Origin: Ascidiella aspersa
Taxonomy: Eukaryota
NCBI GenBank assembly: GCA_963924565.1
Contig: OZ004609.1
Location: 32,984,001 to 33,048,000 of the forward strand
Length of the DNA stretch: 64,000 nucleotides
Direction: 5' to 3'
Numbering within the stretch: position 1 is the first letter of the stretch; every line of letters starts with the position of its first letter. A model generated the notes under the pieces. The model ran no database searches. It was not told the DNA's origin and saw only the letters and a program-made list of their open reading frames with translations. Position numbers and translations under genes: made by a program. This document shows, one piece after another, positions 1 to 12,600 of this stretch.

Positions 1-31
1 GAACATTGCCATTGGAGCATAATTTCTAGAG

Positions 32-437
32 GTTGGTTCCCAAACTGGTTTGCACGAACCAACTGGGGTCCGCACAGCAGTTTTATACGGTCCGCAATGA
101 GAATTAGTCTTAAGTTTTTTTTTTAACATTTGGCTTTAGCGATTGTTTTTAAATTAGTTTATGTTTTAAACATGATCTGTCATTATTATGGTCTTTAGTT
201 ATGCTTTAATATTCGATAATATAGCGTGTTTTATGATGTCTCTTGTGATATCATAAAGCATCTATTGTGCTGTACCTGCTATCAGCGAATCATTCGCATT
301 AGTTAGACTGTTGTTACATTAAAAAGAATCGTTACCGCACTAGTGTACTACAAGAATCATGGCTCAACTGACCCTTAATTTAAGTAATTTCAACGGGTCC
401 ACCTGGCAAAATTTTTAGAAAAGTTTGGGAACCACTG
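32..437. mobile_element. hAT (Charlie-like) non-autonomous MITE
   Basis: TIR (g)tggttcccaaact / agtttgggaaccactg; TSD ttctagag at 24-31 and 438-445. Confidence 0.7.
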
Positions 438-670
438 TTCTAGAGGTTAAAGTTAGATACAGAAAGAATATCAAACACATTTAAGGATGTCAAAGTGTTA
501 CCTACTTGGGCTAAACATTGCCTAGTCTTTAATTTATAGTAACTACCATGATAACCAATTCTTTTTAGACTTTCCCTATCACTCTGCATGATTTCTGACG
601 AGGATGCCCAACAGGTTTTGTCCAAGTCTAATTATTCCTCATATCTAAATGTGAAATTTCAAACTTGCAG

Positions 671-3600
671 AAGTTTTGGTTTAGTCAAAGAGGAACAGTG
701 TGAAATAGAGGTTTTTATAAGACATCTTGCATACATTAGCAATTTTCCACATTAAAAAGTTTATTGAAAATAAAACAATCTGTCTTGGTATTGTTTACAG
801 ATCAGTTAATATATTTTAATGTATTGTTCCATGGTTTGTTATGAACGCATAAAAATAAGTTTCAGCTTGACATTTAATAGCAGGCTGTATTTACCAACCT
901 AAAAAATGCCAGTAAGTTTTTATGATTAAAATTTTTAAAGAAATCTGTAATAAATTAACAACATACAAAGCTGAAAATGTAAAACAAGGCTGCTGTTGTT
1001 TTGCTTGGGTTTTTGATGAATGAATCACTAACCACAATAAACTTATTATAAACCTTGATATTGTTTTTTGTATCTAGACTTGTGGTTACATTTTTAAATC
1101 ATATAAGCCTAAAAAGATGAAATATTGGTAAATAAGAAACTATATGTGTAGAGGGTGATTTTTTTATAAACAAACCTTTTCTTTTTTTAAACACTTTTGG
1201 ATACAGAATGTTTTGTGCGAGGTTTTGACATTAACTATACCTAACTAATTTTTTCAACTGATCTCTAGTTTCATTTTGAAGAATTTGAAGAAGAAAACCA
1301 GCTGGATATTGAAATGGGCTTTTTGACATATGAAGATAACTTGGTAGGAGTAAAACAGTAGTTTATGTTTAGGGACACTTGTTTTCCAATTACGTTTTTT
1401 CTTTAAAATGTTGAGTTTTACTGAAGTTTTTACTAGTATACTGCCGTATTTAAAATAGGTACTTGTATAACCATTCTGTACCTTCCCAAGTACAGTATAT
1501 ACCCTTTCTCAACCTGTTTACGCGGTGACCCAAACATAGAGCGTTAGTTTACTGAAATCTTGCTCAGAACAAATCTTATTTAATCTAACCATGTAAAGTA
1601 CTTCGAACTGCAACCCAACTAACTTAAACAGCCCCCCAACTGTGGGTCGCAACTTGTGTATTAAGGAACACTGTGCTAAGACACTTTATTGATGTGTATT
1701 TCTACGATAAAAAGTTTTAAACTTAGCGGTTTAATTGTAATGTAAAACCTAGAAAATTGGTGTAATGCAAAATAAATTCTGTGTTTTTTTTGTAACAAAA
1801 AAAAAATGTAACAAAAAAACGAAAAATTGTCATTATTCTGAAGGCAAAGTTTGAAGAATCTCAAATGGCTTTGGAAGTTAATGAAATACACTTTGAAGAT
1901 CTCACTAGGGGTCGTTTTGCAAACATCTCAGATCTTGTTAGTGGCTTTACCTCTGGCCAACTTGACACTTTTCCACCTGAGTTAACCGTCCAGGTTCTCC
2001 ATATTTTGTCAGGCGATTTTTCCCTGTCCAGAGAAAAGGCAAGTCTAATGACATTTATTTTCTAATTTACTGCATATTTTTTTTAATTTATTGCAATTTT
2101 GTGTGCAGTCCATGCACAAAGTAGTTCCAGAAAAAAAGGTAAAAATTAAGTTTTAGTTTTTACACATCTTTTTTATTGTACTTACAGAGGCGTAAGTTTT
2201 TGGAAAAGATCCTGGACACTGGATATGATGTAAGATTAAAAAATAAATGGCCTTATCTTGGTCAAAGTATTTTATGACATATAAATAAAAACATATATGA
2301 ATTTGACCCAAAAATTAACGATGTAACTTACTCCTCTTGAAGAGCATAACAACAATCAAATGACATACACCACTTGAATAGTTTCATTCAATTAAAAAAC
2401 AGACAGAACCCTTTTTTAAATTTACAGATCTCCAGCCAAGAAAACATCACCGCTCTTGGTGTCCTTGCAACTGAGCTTCCGTTGTCTGTCTTTACTTGGA
2501 AACTCATGAATGACACTTTGAAAAAACGGCCGGAACTAAAAAAGTACTTTTCTAAGCCAAAGCGACTGAAAGTTCTAAGCAATGTAAGCGTCATCTTCTT
2601 GATAATATTTGTGTGTTAAACCAAATAAAATTTGTGTAAAATTTGGCTCTAGCTTTTGAATTATTTTTCAAATTAAAAATATTCTTTGTGAATTAAATAC
2701 TTTATTCAAATACTGGTTTGAAAATCTTCAGTGGTGAGATGAATTGAAAACCCATCTGAAGGCAAAATTTTTAGCAAGAAAATTTGGACAAAAATACAGA
2801 TTTTTAAAGAGGGCATGTCTACCCAAGATAATTTAAACTAAAAAATGTAAAACACAAAGTAAAACTGCAGTTCTAATCTAGTTACTATCATAAAACTCCT
2901 TGATTCAGTGGTTTTCGAGTTATTAACATAAAACTCCTAAGTTCAGTCGTTCTCAAACTGTTTCCTTGCGGAGCCTTTTGGAAAGATTTGTTGAACTTGC
3001 GATGCCCGCCCCAAGCTGTAGAAATTTACTTGTTTATTTTTTTTTCACAAAATCATGATCAATTGGTTTTGTTTTAAATGTGTTTGTCATGGCATAATAA
3101 AACCTGTAAGCCAGGAGTGCTTAAACTTGGGTCCATGAACTAGTTTTAGGGGGTCCATGAAGGCCAAATTAAAGAACTAGTGTATACTTAAGAAATAATT
3201 TATTCTTTAAAGAAAACACTTTAATGAAAAATTAAACGGTTTTGCACTGAATGTATAGTTAGACTCCATTTACCTTTCACATTTTTCGGACCGAAATAAA
3301 CAGAGTTATGAAGTCTATTTGTATTGTGACCTCAATTTATGACGTCATTTTGGAGCATTTTCTTGCCTACCAGGGTCCATGCAAAGCAAAAAAAAATGTT
3401 AGGGGTTCGCCGTAAAACAAGTTTAAGAACCCCTGCTGTAAGCATTTTACTACAGCGATTGAGTTTTGATACAAAGAAGAATCATTGTTTAAAGCAAGTA
3501 AAAAATAAAACAATACACAGTTTGAAAACCACTGTCTCATGTTATCCAAAAATATATCTAAACAGAAATGTTTCAATTATATGAAAATTATTAACTTAAA

Positions 3601-6600
3601 ATAAAAAACAGTAGAATGAATCTGACTTTATGCAGATAAATTAGTATATTTTTTTGTTCTTTTTTTTCTATTGCCAAGTGGATTGAAGAGGAAGGAATAT
3701 ATACAGTTTTAAAAAGCAAGTCAGAATTACTTACAGACATGCCGTCCAGTGTTATTTTAACTGCTAGCAACTTATTGATTGAAGATGTCAACACAACAAG
3801 CTGGAACAGAATGCAGGTAAGCTGTTACAAAAAGTCTGACATTTAAAAAAAAGTGGAAGTTTCAAATTCAAATTAATTTTTTTTATCAAGACTATGTGTA
3901 ATGGTCTAACTTGTTTAAGTAAGATAGAAGCTGTAATTAATTATTTTATTTTTTTGTTATTTTATCCTAAAAAAGATAAAAAATCCTTTTATTTTGATTG
4001 AGTTCTTGTAGTGCAGCTATCTTTAGCAAAATATTGTATGTTAAAGAGTTGCATAAACTCCCCTTTTCATTGTATTTTCGTTGTATAGGCATTAATGATT
4101 ATTCAACAACACAAGGTCACCACTGGATCATCCCAACTTACTCTAGATGACTTCAGGTTAGACCAACTTTTTAAAATACTCCTATTGCTTTTTATTACAC
4201 TAAGTAACACTAATTTTATTTCTGTCTTATTTTTTATTCCCCTTAATTTTTTTTGTGGCCCTGAGTTAACATATCCTGTTATTTTTTGTGTATCAATACT
4301 GCTTTTTGTTATAATCACACTTTTAGCCCTTTTGTTTACATAACAGTAGACTTCTAACTATGTATGGATAACACAAAATGTAAAAATGCTTTCCCAGAAC
4401 CTTGGGAAAAGTTGCAATTGGATTGAGCTGTGATGACGTGTCACATATCTTTTATCAGGATATTTTTAAAGTTATTTCAATGCTTGACAAACAAGTTGCA
4501 GAACACTTTTCAAGCGACCTGGTAATAAAATGATTTAAGACAGTTTGTTAAAACAAAAAGATCTTGATTTTTAAATACAAGAGCTTAAAATTGATTACTA
4601 ACATTGTAAAAATAGGCAAGGCGTATATTTTAGGCTTACGAGGAACTTTGTGTCAAAAAATTGTGCATTTATTTGTGTTTTTAGGCCAACTGTTTTGCAA
4701 CCAAGCTATATTTTATAATAAGATTACGCGGGCTGCTTCTTGAAGATGTCCAACAAGTGTTTGGCTCCACTATACCAGGAAGCATTCTTCTCTATATGCC
4801 GTGAGAGTTAACTTTTAGATTTGTTTACAGAAAATAGATTTGAAAACAGAAAGTGGAACACACAAATTGGTTCAAATTAAGGCTAGGCTTTAAAACAAAA
4901 ACTATACTTAGGTGTTAGCTATCTGTTCGGTTTAAATTTATGCAAAAAATCGAAAAACGCATAAGAGTAATATCGTGGGAAAGTGCATGGTATTTCAAGT
5001 GCTTTAATTTGTTTTTATTTATTCCCTGCTACCGAACGTCAATTTCATGAAATTTTATCTTGAATGCATAGCGTAACGTTGTCAATTAAGCCCACATATA
5101 TGTTGCCAAAATAAATTTTCTTAAACAGTCCATATTTTTTGCAGTCACTCTATGCTCCTGTCTGTCACTGATCCTTCTGTTTGTATTGCTATGGTGGAAA
5201 AACTGGAAAAAACTAGCTTGAAACATCTTTCTGAACTCACTGGCAGCTATATATTTTCTGGCATATTGGCCTTGTCAGAAAGATGCAAGGCAGGAAAATT
5301 TATTTTTTTATTTTCGTTTTAAAGAAAATCATCAGTGTAAATAAAATATGCTTAGCTAAAAAAAATTGGGTAGATCTAAAACATTAACTGTTAAAAAATT
5401 ATTTTAGGATAGAGATAAATTAAAAAAAAAATTCATACATTTGTACAAATAATAAAAACATATAAAATGATTAAAATGGTTTATCAAGTTGAATAACAAT
5501 TTTTTTTCGTTATTGTACATTTTTATTCTTAGGAATTAGGTGCAGTGTATGAAGCAGCGATGCCTTTCTGGGCTGACCTTGTGTATAACATTACCAAGCT
5601 TGATCACAATATAGATGAAGGAAAAGAAATGTCAGATCATGAAATTGAGAATCCTAAAAAGCCGCCAAACTTAATTCACAATAAACTTGATGGAAATTTT
5701 TTTTTCAAAGGGTTTGGTAAGACTTTTTTTTTGCCAAAAATGTTTTCACATATTTTCTGTTTTATATGTTTATTTAATTGTTTACATGATTTTTATTATC
5801 ATTATTTTTGCTTGTTATATGTGGAAAAGGAGTAATAATAATCATTTTTTGTGGCTTTTACTCATATCATTTATTTAATGACTCAAGTGGTTTGTAGTAC
5901 TTAGTGAGATTTTAAAAGGGAAATTATGATATTTAATTTACCATCTAGAATTAATTTAATTTTACCATCTAGAATTAGTCTACCATCTAGATTATAGAAT
6001 TATTTACCATCTATATATAAACAATTTTGTTTGCTTATAAATTTTTTTTAACTATTTTGGTACAAAATTAACCAACTTCAGAGAATTTTATATTTTTATT
6101 TATTTATTTTTTTTTTTTTATAAGAAAATATTTAACTATTTTGGTACAAAAATAACCAACTTCAGAGAATTTTTTATTTAATTCACATATGTTTACCGGT
6201 TGTGCCAATATTTCTACCACAGCTCCTAGGGCAAAATGGGTTTCCTCCTATTACCACCGCAGACACAGCAGAAGCACAGCACTTTCCTGTTTGGACACCG
6301 ACATATTTCCTAACCCAGTTGTGGCATGGCACAAATGGTGCAGACAAATGTAAGCACTTTAGGCAATCACCAACCGGAGTTAAAAGAAAATATGCCTCTC
6401 TATTTCGCGTACATTTTTTACAGCAAGTTTTGTTTAAAAATTATTTTCTAGCTTATTTTGCTATTCTACATGTATATTTTCTACTTAATATTGGGTTGGT
6501 CATAAAAACCAAAAGCATCTTTGAACACACTTTAGCAGTATAAAAGATACACACAAACATACGTGTTTGTCAACTGTTATCATTCTAGAGTCTAGCACTA

Positions 6601-9600
6601 GATTCTAGACCTTCTTAAGTCGCTTTTTGACCAATGCAGTATTTTTGATGGCATTTTAGCAGAATTGTTACGAAACTAATGTGTGCCTTACAGCCAGGGT
6701 CCACAATACTTTCACAAAGTGGCCGAAGCCTTAAAAGACAATCTTATGGACCTGACAGCAAGTGTTCCCAGTGATTTCGAAGCTTTCTTGCCTTACATGC
6801 CGGACGAAGTACTGCATTTTGCCGCTGGGGTAGGTTTACTGAGGTTGCAATAAAGCCCTAATTAAAAGTGATTGATTGATTGAAGTAGGTGTGGCTGTCC
6901 AGTCAGAAACCAAGAGACATATTTTCTACCCAAACTTCCGGTGTCATCCATAAACAGCCACGCCCAGCACATTATATAACACCCAGAATGTGTCTTCCTT
7001 ACTCACATTTATAAGTTTATATTCTTACGCAACAACAATAATAGGGCTACAAAAAGTGAATTTACTATTCACAAACAAGGTATTGTTAAGTTTTCTACTG
7101 CATTAATGCATTTTAAAGCTTGTAATATGTATATATAATAAATTGATTATAAGTCGGGACTTTTTTTTACTAAAGGCAAAATACATTGACACTGTTCATT
7201 TTAGAACTGAAAAACATAACCTAATTCTAAAAGTCGCTTAAAACTTAGTAAAGAGTTATATTTATACTGTTTGCAACCCCAGGGGTTAGTCACTCTTGAA
7301 CAAAAGTATTTTATTTTCCTTATTCATATTCCTAAATGTAGTGCGAATCACAGGTTGAAATCAACAACTACCGTTACTACAATTAAACTCTGTTGTTTAG
7401 GAACTTTGCCAGTTTATTCTTAAATCATATTTATTTTCCCTCATTTCCAGGTAATTTTGCTTTTACTTGCTAACATTCAAATATGTCTATTTTTGTCAAC
7501 AGCCTTTGCTGATGAAATCTTTGCGACATTTCGATCGGATTGTTATGATCAACAACAGTCAGCAAGTTTTGTTGGGCGACATGACACCCACAGTAATTAA
7601 CAGTGATGATATCGGAATCCCATTTGGTGAGAACGTAACCCAGCTTGATTTCAATCCAATCAACAAACACTTTGCTGAAATTGCTGCGAATAGAATCATC
7701 GATTATTTAGCATTAGATCCAGGTAAGACAATTGGCTCAGTTTCTTCAAGTTCAACAAGAAACGTCACCGCTTTACTATATATCTTTGCGCCGCAAGTTT
7801 GATTTAATTATTCGTGATACAACTAATATTCAATTTGTACCTTATTTCTTCCAATGTAGGTGTTCTATGCAGAAATCGATAGAGAATCTGCCTTTATCTA
7901 TATCGACATAATTTATTCAGTATTTTGCCGTTAGAGTCTGACAAACCGACATATTTTAGAATTTCCAAAAATTGGACTAAGTCTGCATACACTCCACCTT
8001 TTGGGGCCAGCTGTCACCGGGCTAAGCTCAAATATGCTGCAACAGATTAACGCCAGTATATTTGAGGACGCAATTCCACTTTTAGGCCGGTATAAAGGAT
8101 GGAACAGGGAACAACTGAATGCCATTAAGACCATCATGACGAGTGTGAGTTGTATTGTTACCACTTAATTAGATTACAGTGCATTTGTGTTACTGCATAA
8201 TGGCTCTACTGGAATAAAGCGTAATACCATTACAAAGTTGCTCACTAAAAAAAGTATTCCACGGTTCTGCTTATTTGAAGCTTTTCAGAAAATACTCACA
8301 ACATTAAAATGTTGCTAGATGAATAAATATTAATAAAAGTGTTTTTTAGCAATATACTTCCGACTTTGTTGTCTGAGTCAAAATCAGTCATTTATAAGTT
8401 CTAGTTTTAAATAGAGAAATTTATTTCGCCAATTCGGCATCATCAGTCTCTGAAGAAACAAATACAACATGATGCAAACACGTAAACTAGGTGGTAGAAA
8501 TTAAAAGTCATGTGAAAATGATAATAGAACCAAGAGCAACGAACTACGCGACTAGGCATAAAATCTAAGATAAAAGATAAAACATTTATCTTTATTTTTT
8601 AGATGGTTTTGTACTACTAATTTAAAAAATGTAGTAAAAGTAAATAACTTTAAACTAGTTTCTACTTCCACTATCTTTAAGTGTTCTTTACGTTAGTTGT
8701 TGTATGACTTTAACAGTTCTCCAATTCAGCGTCGCATATATTTCACAGGTCAGCTCAATATCAGACTGGTCAAGCAACCTGCTCAAGGACATGGGTCATT
8801 TGGCTGCTATGCTTGACATATCTGACATCAATCGCTTCATGTACTTGGATCTTGAGACAGTTGGGGCTCTTGAGAAAGTGGATTGGCCGACAAACGAGCT
8901 CGTCAGTTCTTCATTAGTTTGTGCTAGACCAGTGGCCAGCAAACTTTTCTCGGGCTGGATATAACTGTAATGCCTGACCAACCCGGGCCGGATAAATCTT
9001 AGGGTTTCTGATTGCGGACTGGATAAAAAAATGTCGAACTTTATTATAACTTAATTATTTTTATGCGAAGGAAAAACAAACAACTATGCAATAACCACTG
9101 GACCCTAATAAATTGTCGTACGGTTTAATATTTCATGAAAATTGCATTCGACAACGTGTAATTCTTCACGAAAAAAAGCGCCTGGTCGGATTAAGTGACC
9201 CAGGGGGCCCTAGGCCGGAATTTGCTGACCCCGATTCTAGACAATGAGTGTGTTTGCTTTACAACAAAGTTAATCGGGATAATTATTTTTTTTATCTAAT
9301 ATCCCCAAGCTTACTTATTAACGACGGGTTAAAGAATGCTTTTGTAATATGAAATTAAGGCAAGTGGAAAATTATGTAAAAAAAAATAATAACTGAGCAA
9401 ACGACTTTATTTTTGAATTAATTAAAGCTTGGGGTGTTTAATGGCTATCTGTCAATATTCATTTGCAATTACGATATGTCGAGACCATACCATTTGCCAT
9501 TGCATTATGCCTGTTATCCGGTTATTTTAAAACTGCTTATTTTTTATGTTTAGAAATGGGCAATCGCACAGAATTACATGAACTCTGGTAGTTTTTCCGC

Positions 9601-12600
9601 AATGCAACTCAAAGGTTTCGAATTGGTTGTATTTCGAAGTCTGCTGTGCGGAATTCCAACCTACTACATCAAATACATTCCCGAAGATTCAATGCGGTAG
9701 GCGTGATAAAGTTTTGTGGCTTTCGAAAAACGATGCACAATTATATTTGCTGATAAGTTACTTTCAGTTCAAAGTAGTTATTCAGTGTCGGCGTAACTGG
9801 AGAAAATAAAGCTTGTTGGGTGCGGTTTTATTGTGTTACAAACCTGTCCTTAATTCCTGTAAGTGAAAGCACTCGTTTAGATTTTTTGCTACATATTCTG
9901 AACAGTATCGTTATATTTAAAAATCTGCCTACTTTTCAACTTTGCACTCCCAACTATTGTAAAGTTGCATTGTTGAAGGTTTATTCGAAACGTTCACAAA
10001 ATTATACCGTTCACAAATTGAAACCGTTTTATTTTAGGCACGGTATAACTTTCCTCAAAAACAAACCCGACGATCGTTTAATATAATTTACCTGTTATTT
10101 AAAATTATTTGTACATTTTAAGCAAAGTGTTTTTTTTTTCTTTAAAGTATCCCGAACACAGACTTAAAAAAATCCAATAGTCGAAACGCGATCGGAAATA
10201 GATTTATGCAGAGAAACAATTGAAAGGTCCAAGCAAATTTTGCCTTTCTAATCTCAAAACATATTTTTTCCAGCTTTGCACTTCCAACTATTGGAAAGGT
10301 GCATTGTTTTGATGCTGAACGGATCGAAGAGTTCAAAGCTAGAGCTGATGCGATTTTGGGTGATTACGCCTTAACGCATGGAGTGGCACAACTCGGCGTC
10401 CTGGCCAGTAGGTCTTCCAAAACTTGTTGTTTTTGTCTTCATTATAATTATTTGTTAAAGCAGCTTTTATATTTGACATACTAAGTTGTCTATCTTGTTA
10501 TAAATATATTTCTGTCTTATTAGGGCTTGAGAAGAGCACCGCTTTCAAACACTCTAAACACATACTAAACTTCTATGTCTTATTACATTTGTTTTTTATT
10601 TTTGTGTTTAAAAAACAGGAAAGATTCACAGCTACGTTTTTACAACTTTTTTAATTGATTGTCTGTTTAGGTGCATTTACAAACTCAGAGCTCAAAGCGA
10701 TGAAATATTATTATTTTCCATCTTTTCCAAGGAACGCACTCAAAATTATTCCCAATCTAGTAAGAATGAAGAACCTTTGTGCTGTTAGCTTAAAATGTAA
10801 AATATGCTTTAAATTAAATATTTATTGTTTACCATTCGGTATACCACTTTTAGTTGTTTGACATATGTCATTAAAAACTGATTAATATTTTAATTTTTTA
10901 TGAAATAAAGTGACATCGTATTTGAAAAAATATTCAGTCCACATTTTTTGGAAAAGATTCGGCCTCTTTATTTTTTTGCCTGTTGCAAATTTACTGCTTA
11001 AAGTATTAACTTTTGTTATGTCTTTTTCTTTTGTAGGATGCCTTCAGTACCAGTAAACTTGAGTATTTTGGAATTGAAAATGGTGCAATAGTTTTATCCC
11101 GGAAGGACATATTTGAGGATTTACCACCGAAGTGGAAAAACACCATTTTTAAAGCTGCCTTTGGTGCAAACGGTGGTAAAACATTAGTAACATATTTTGC
11201 TTGTCTTTCATTAATCCAAGCCACAAGTTGTTCGATATGCAATTTGGAAATGACAAATCAGTTATCTTATGAAACATGAACAGTAAACAACTTTATTAAA
11301 ATTTAATATATTAATGGCAAATATAAAAAAAACAAAAAACGTCATGTATATTGTTGTTGACTGGGATAGGAAACAGTATTTCCGTTTAATATTTACCTAG
11401 ATGGCCTTCAGGTTTTTACTCCAAAATCAATAGAAAGCTTTTCTACTAAAAATGCATCAGCAGATTTCAAAATAGCCATGTTCCGATTATGTTCTGTTAT
11501 GTTCCACCACGTAATTCCGTTCAAAAGCAATTAAAAAAAGCTACAATTAAAGGTGACATGTGTTTTTTAGCCTTGATATCGAGCCAAATCAAATCGTTAC
11601 GATCTGGAAAGCTTCAAGCTTCACTCGCATTCCACAATATGATGGTTAACATGTCAAGCAACGTACAAATGCTATTTCACAGCACCCTAAACTCGTCAAG
11701 TATATTGCAGCTGCTCTATGGACTAAGAAACCCCTACGTTTACGAAACGCCGCCCCCTCCCAAGATAAAACGCTCTATTATGAACATCGACATAAAAATT
11801 ATACGTAAGTGATCAATGACGAGAAGTTTAAGCTTACTTTCAATAAAGACCCAATTACAATAGTGTTGTACCAAGCCATTTTGTTGTTAGTCTTTCATTC
11901 TACAAGGTTATTTTTTAGGTGTGGGGTCATAATCACGGCACCAATTTAATTTGGCCATGTCTTTAATTGTTTCCACAGTAAAGCTTGTTAAAAAGTTTAT
12001 TATCAGCCTTGCCTGTTCTTTAGCCAATATATTAGTTTTATTTTGTATTAAAACTATAGATTTCTGTACTGCCTAGATTTGTTAATAAGCTGTAACTCAA
12101 CTTTGTTTTTTTTTTCAGCAAAAAATACGATTGAAAAAAGTGCAGTGGTGGCAAAGTTGTAAGTAGAAAAAGTATTATCTATTAGCAGCCCACATTTATT
12201 TATTTTCATTATATCTGGTGTTTTGGGGCTATACAAATAGTTAACAAAAAAAATATCAAATACCAGCATAAATGATATATCACCAGAAAACCTGGCAAGT
12301 TACAGATTTAAATTTTTATTTTAATATACATTCTTAACTATAAAGAAAAACTGCCGAGGTAATTTTCAACTTCAATCCTTAAAGTTGAGGTTATTGATTT
12401 AACAGTGTGAACCAACACGCCGAAGATGAAGTCTTTCTTGATGTACTTGAAGGAGTGGTTTCCATGAACAATCTTGATAAGGAAATACTCAAAAAGCTTC
12501 CACCACAGTTTATGGACAAAGTTAAGGTGGGCGTAATGTTTACCCAATTAAACATTGACACTTTACTTTTTGTACATTGGTTGCCGAATGGGCACCAGTC

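Larger units (their letters stand above)
1269..11175 (+). other. Gene A module 1 (divergent otoancorin-like repeat)
   Basis: Exon order, phases and some exon lengths match module 2: SWNRMQ|ALMII vs TWNRGQ|AARLI; TLGKVAIGLSC vs ELGTTVVGLKC; 153-nt exons 8749-8901 vs 26599-26751; 143-nt exons 9554-9696 vs 27922-28064. Confidence 0.7.

Noticed and set aside
5936-6180. Short repeats (taccatcta x4; ~45-bp direct repeat) resembling a repeat-spacer array
   Set aside because: Irregular slippage duplications in a eukaryotic intron; no CRISPR structure or cas genes.
6202-6543. 113-aa ORF-track protein
   Set aside because: Splice phases require a different frame for exon 6223-6349.
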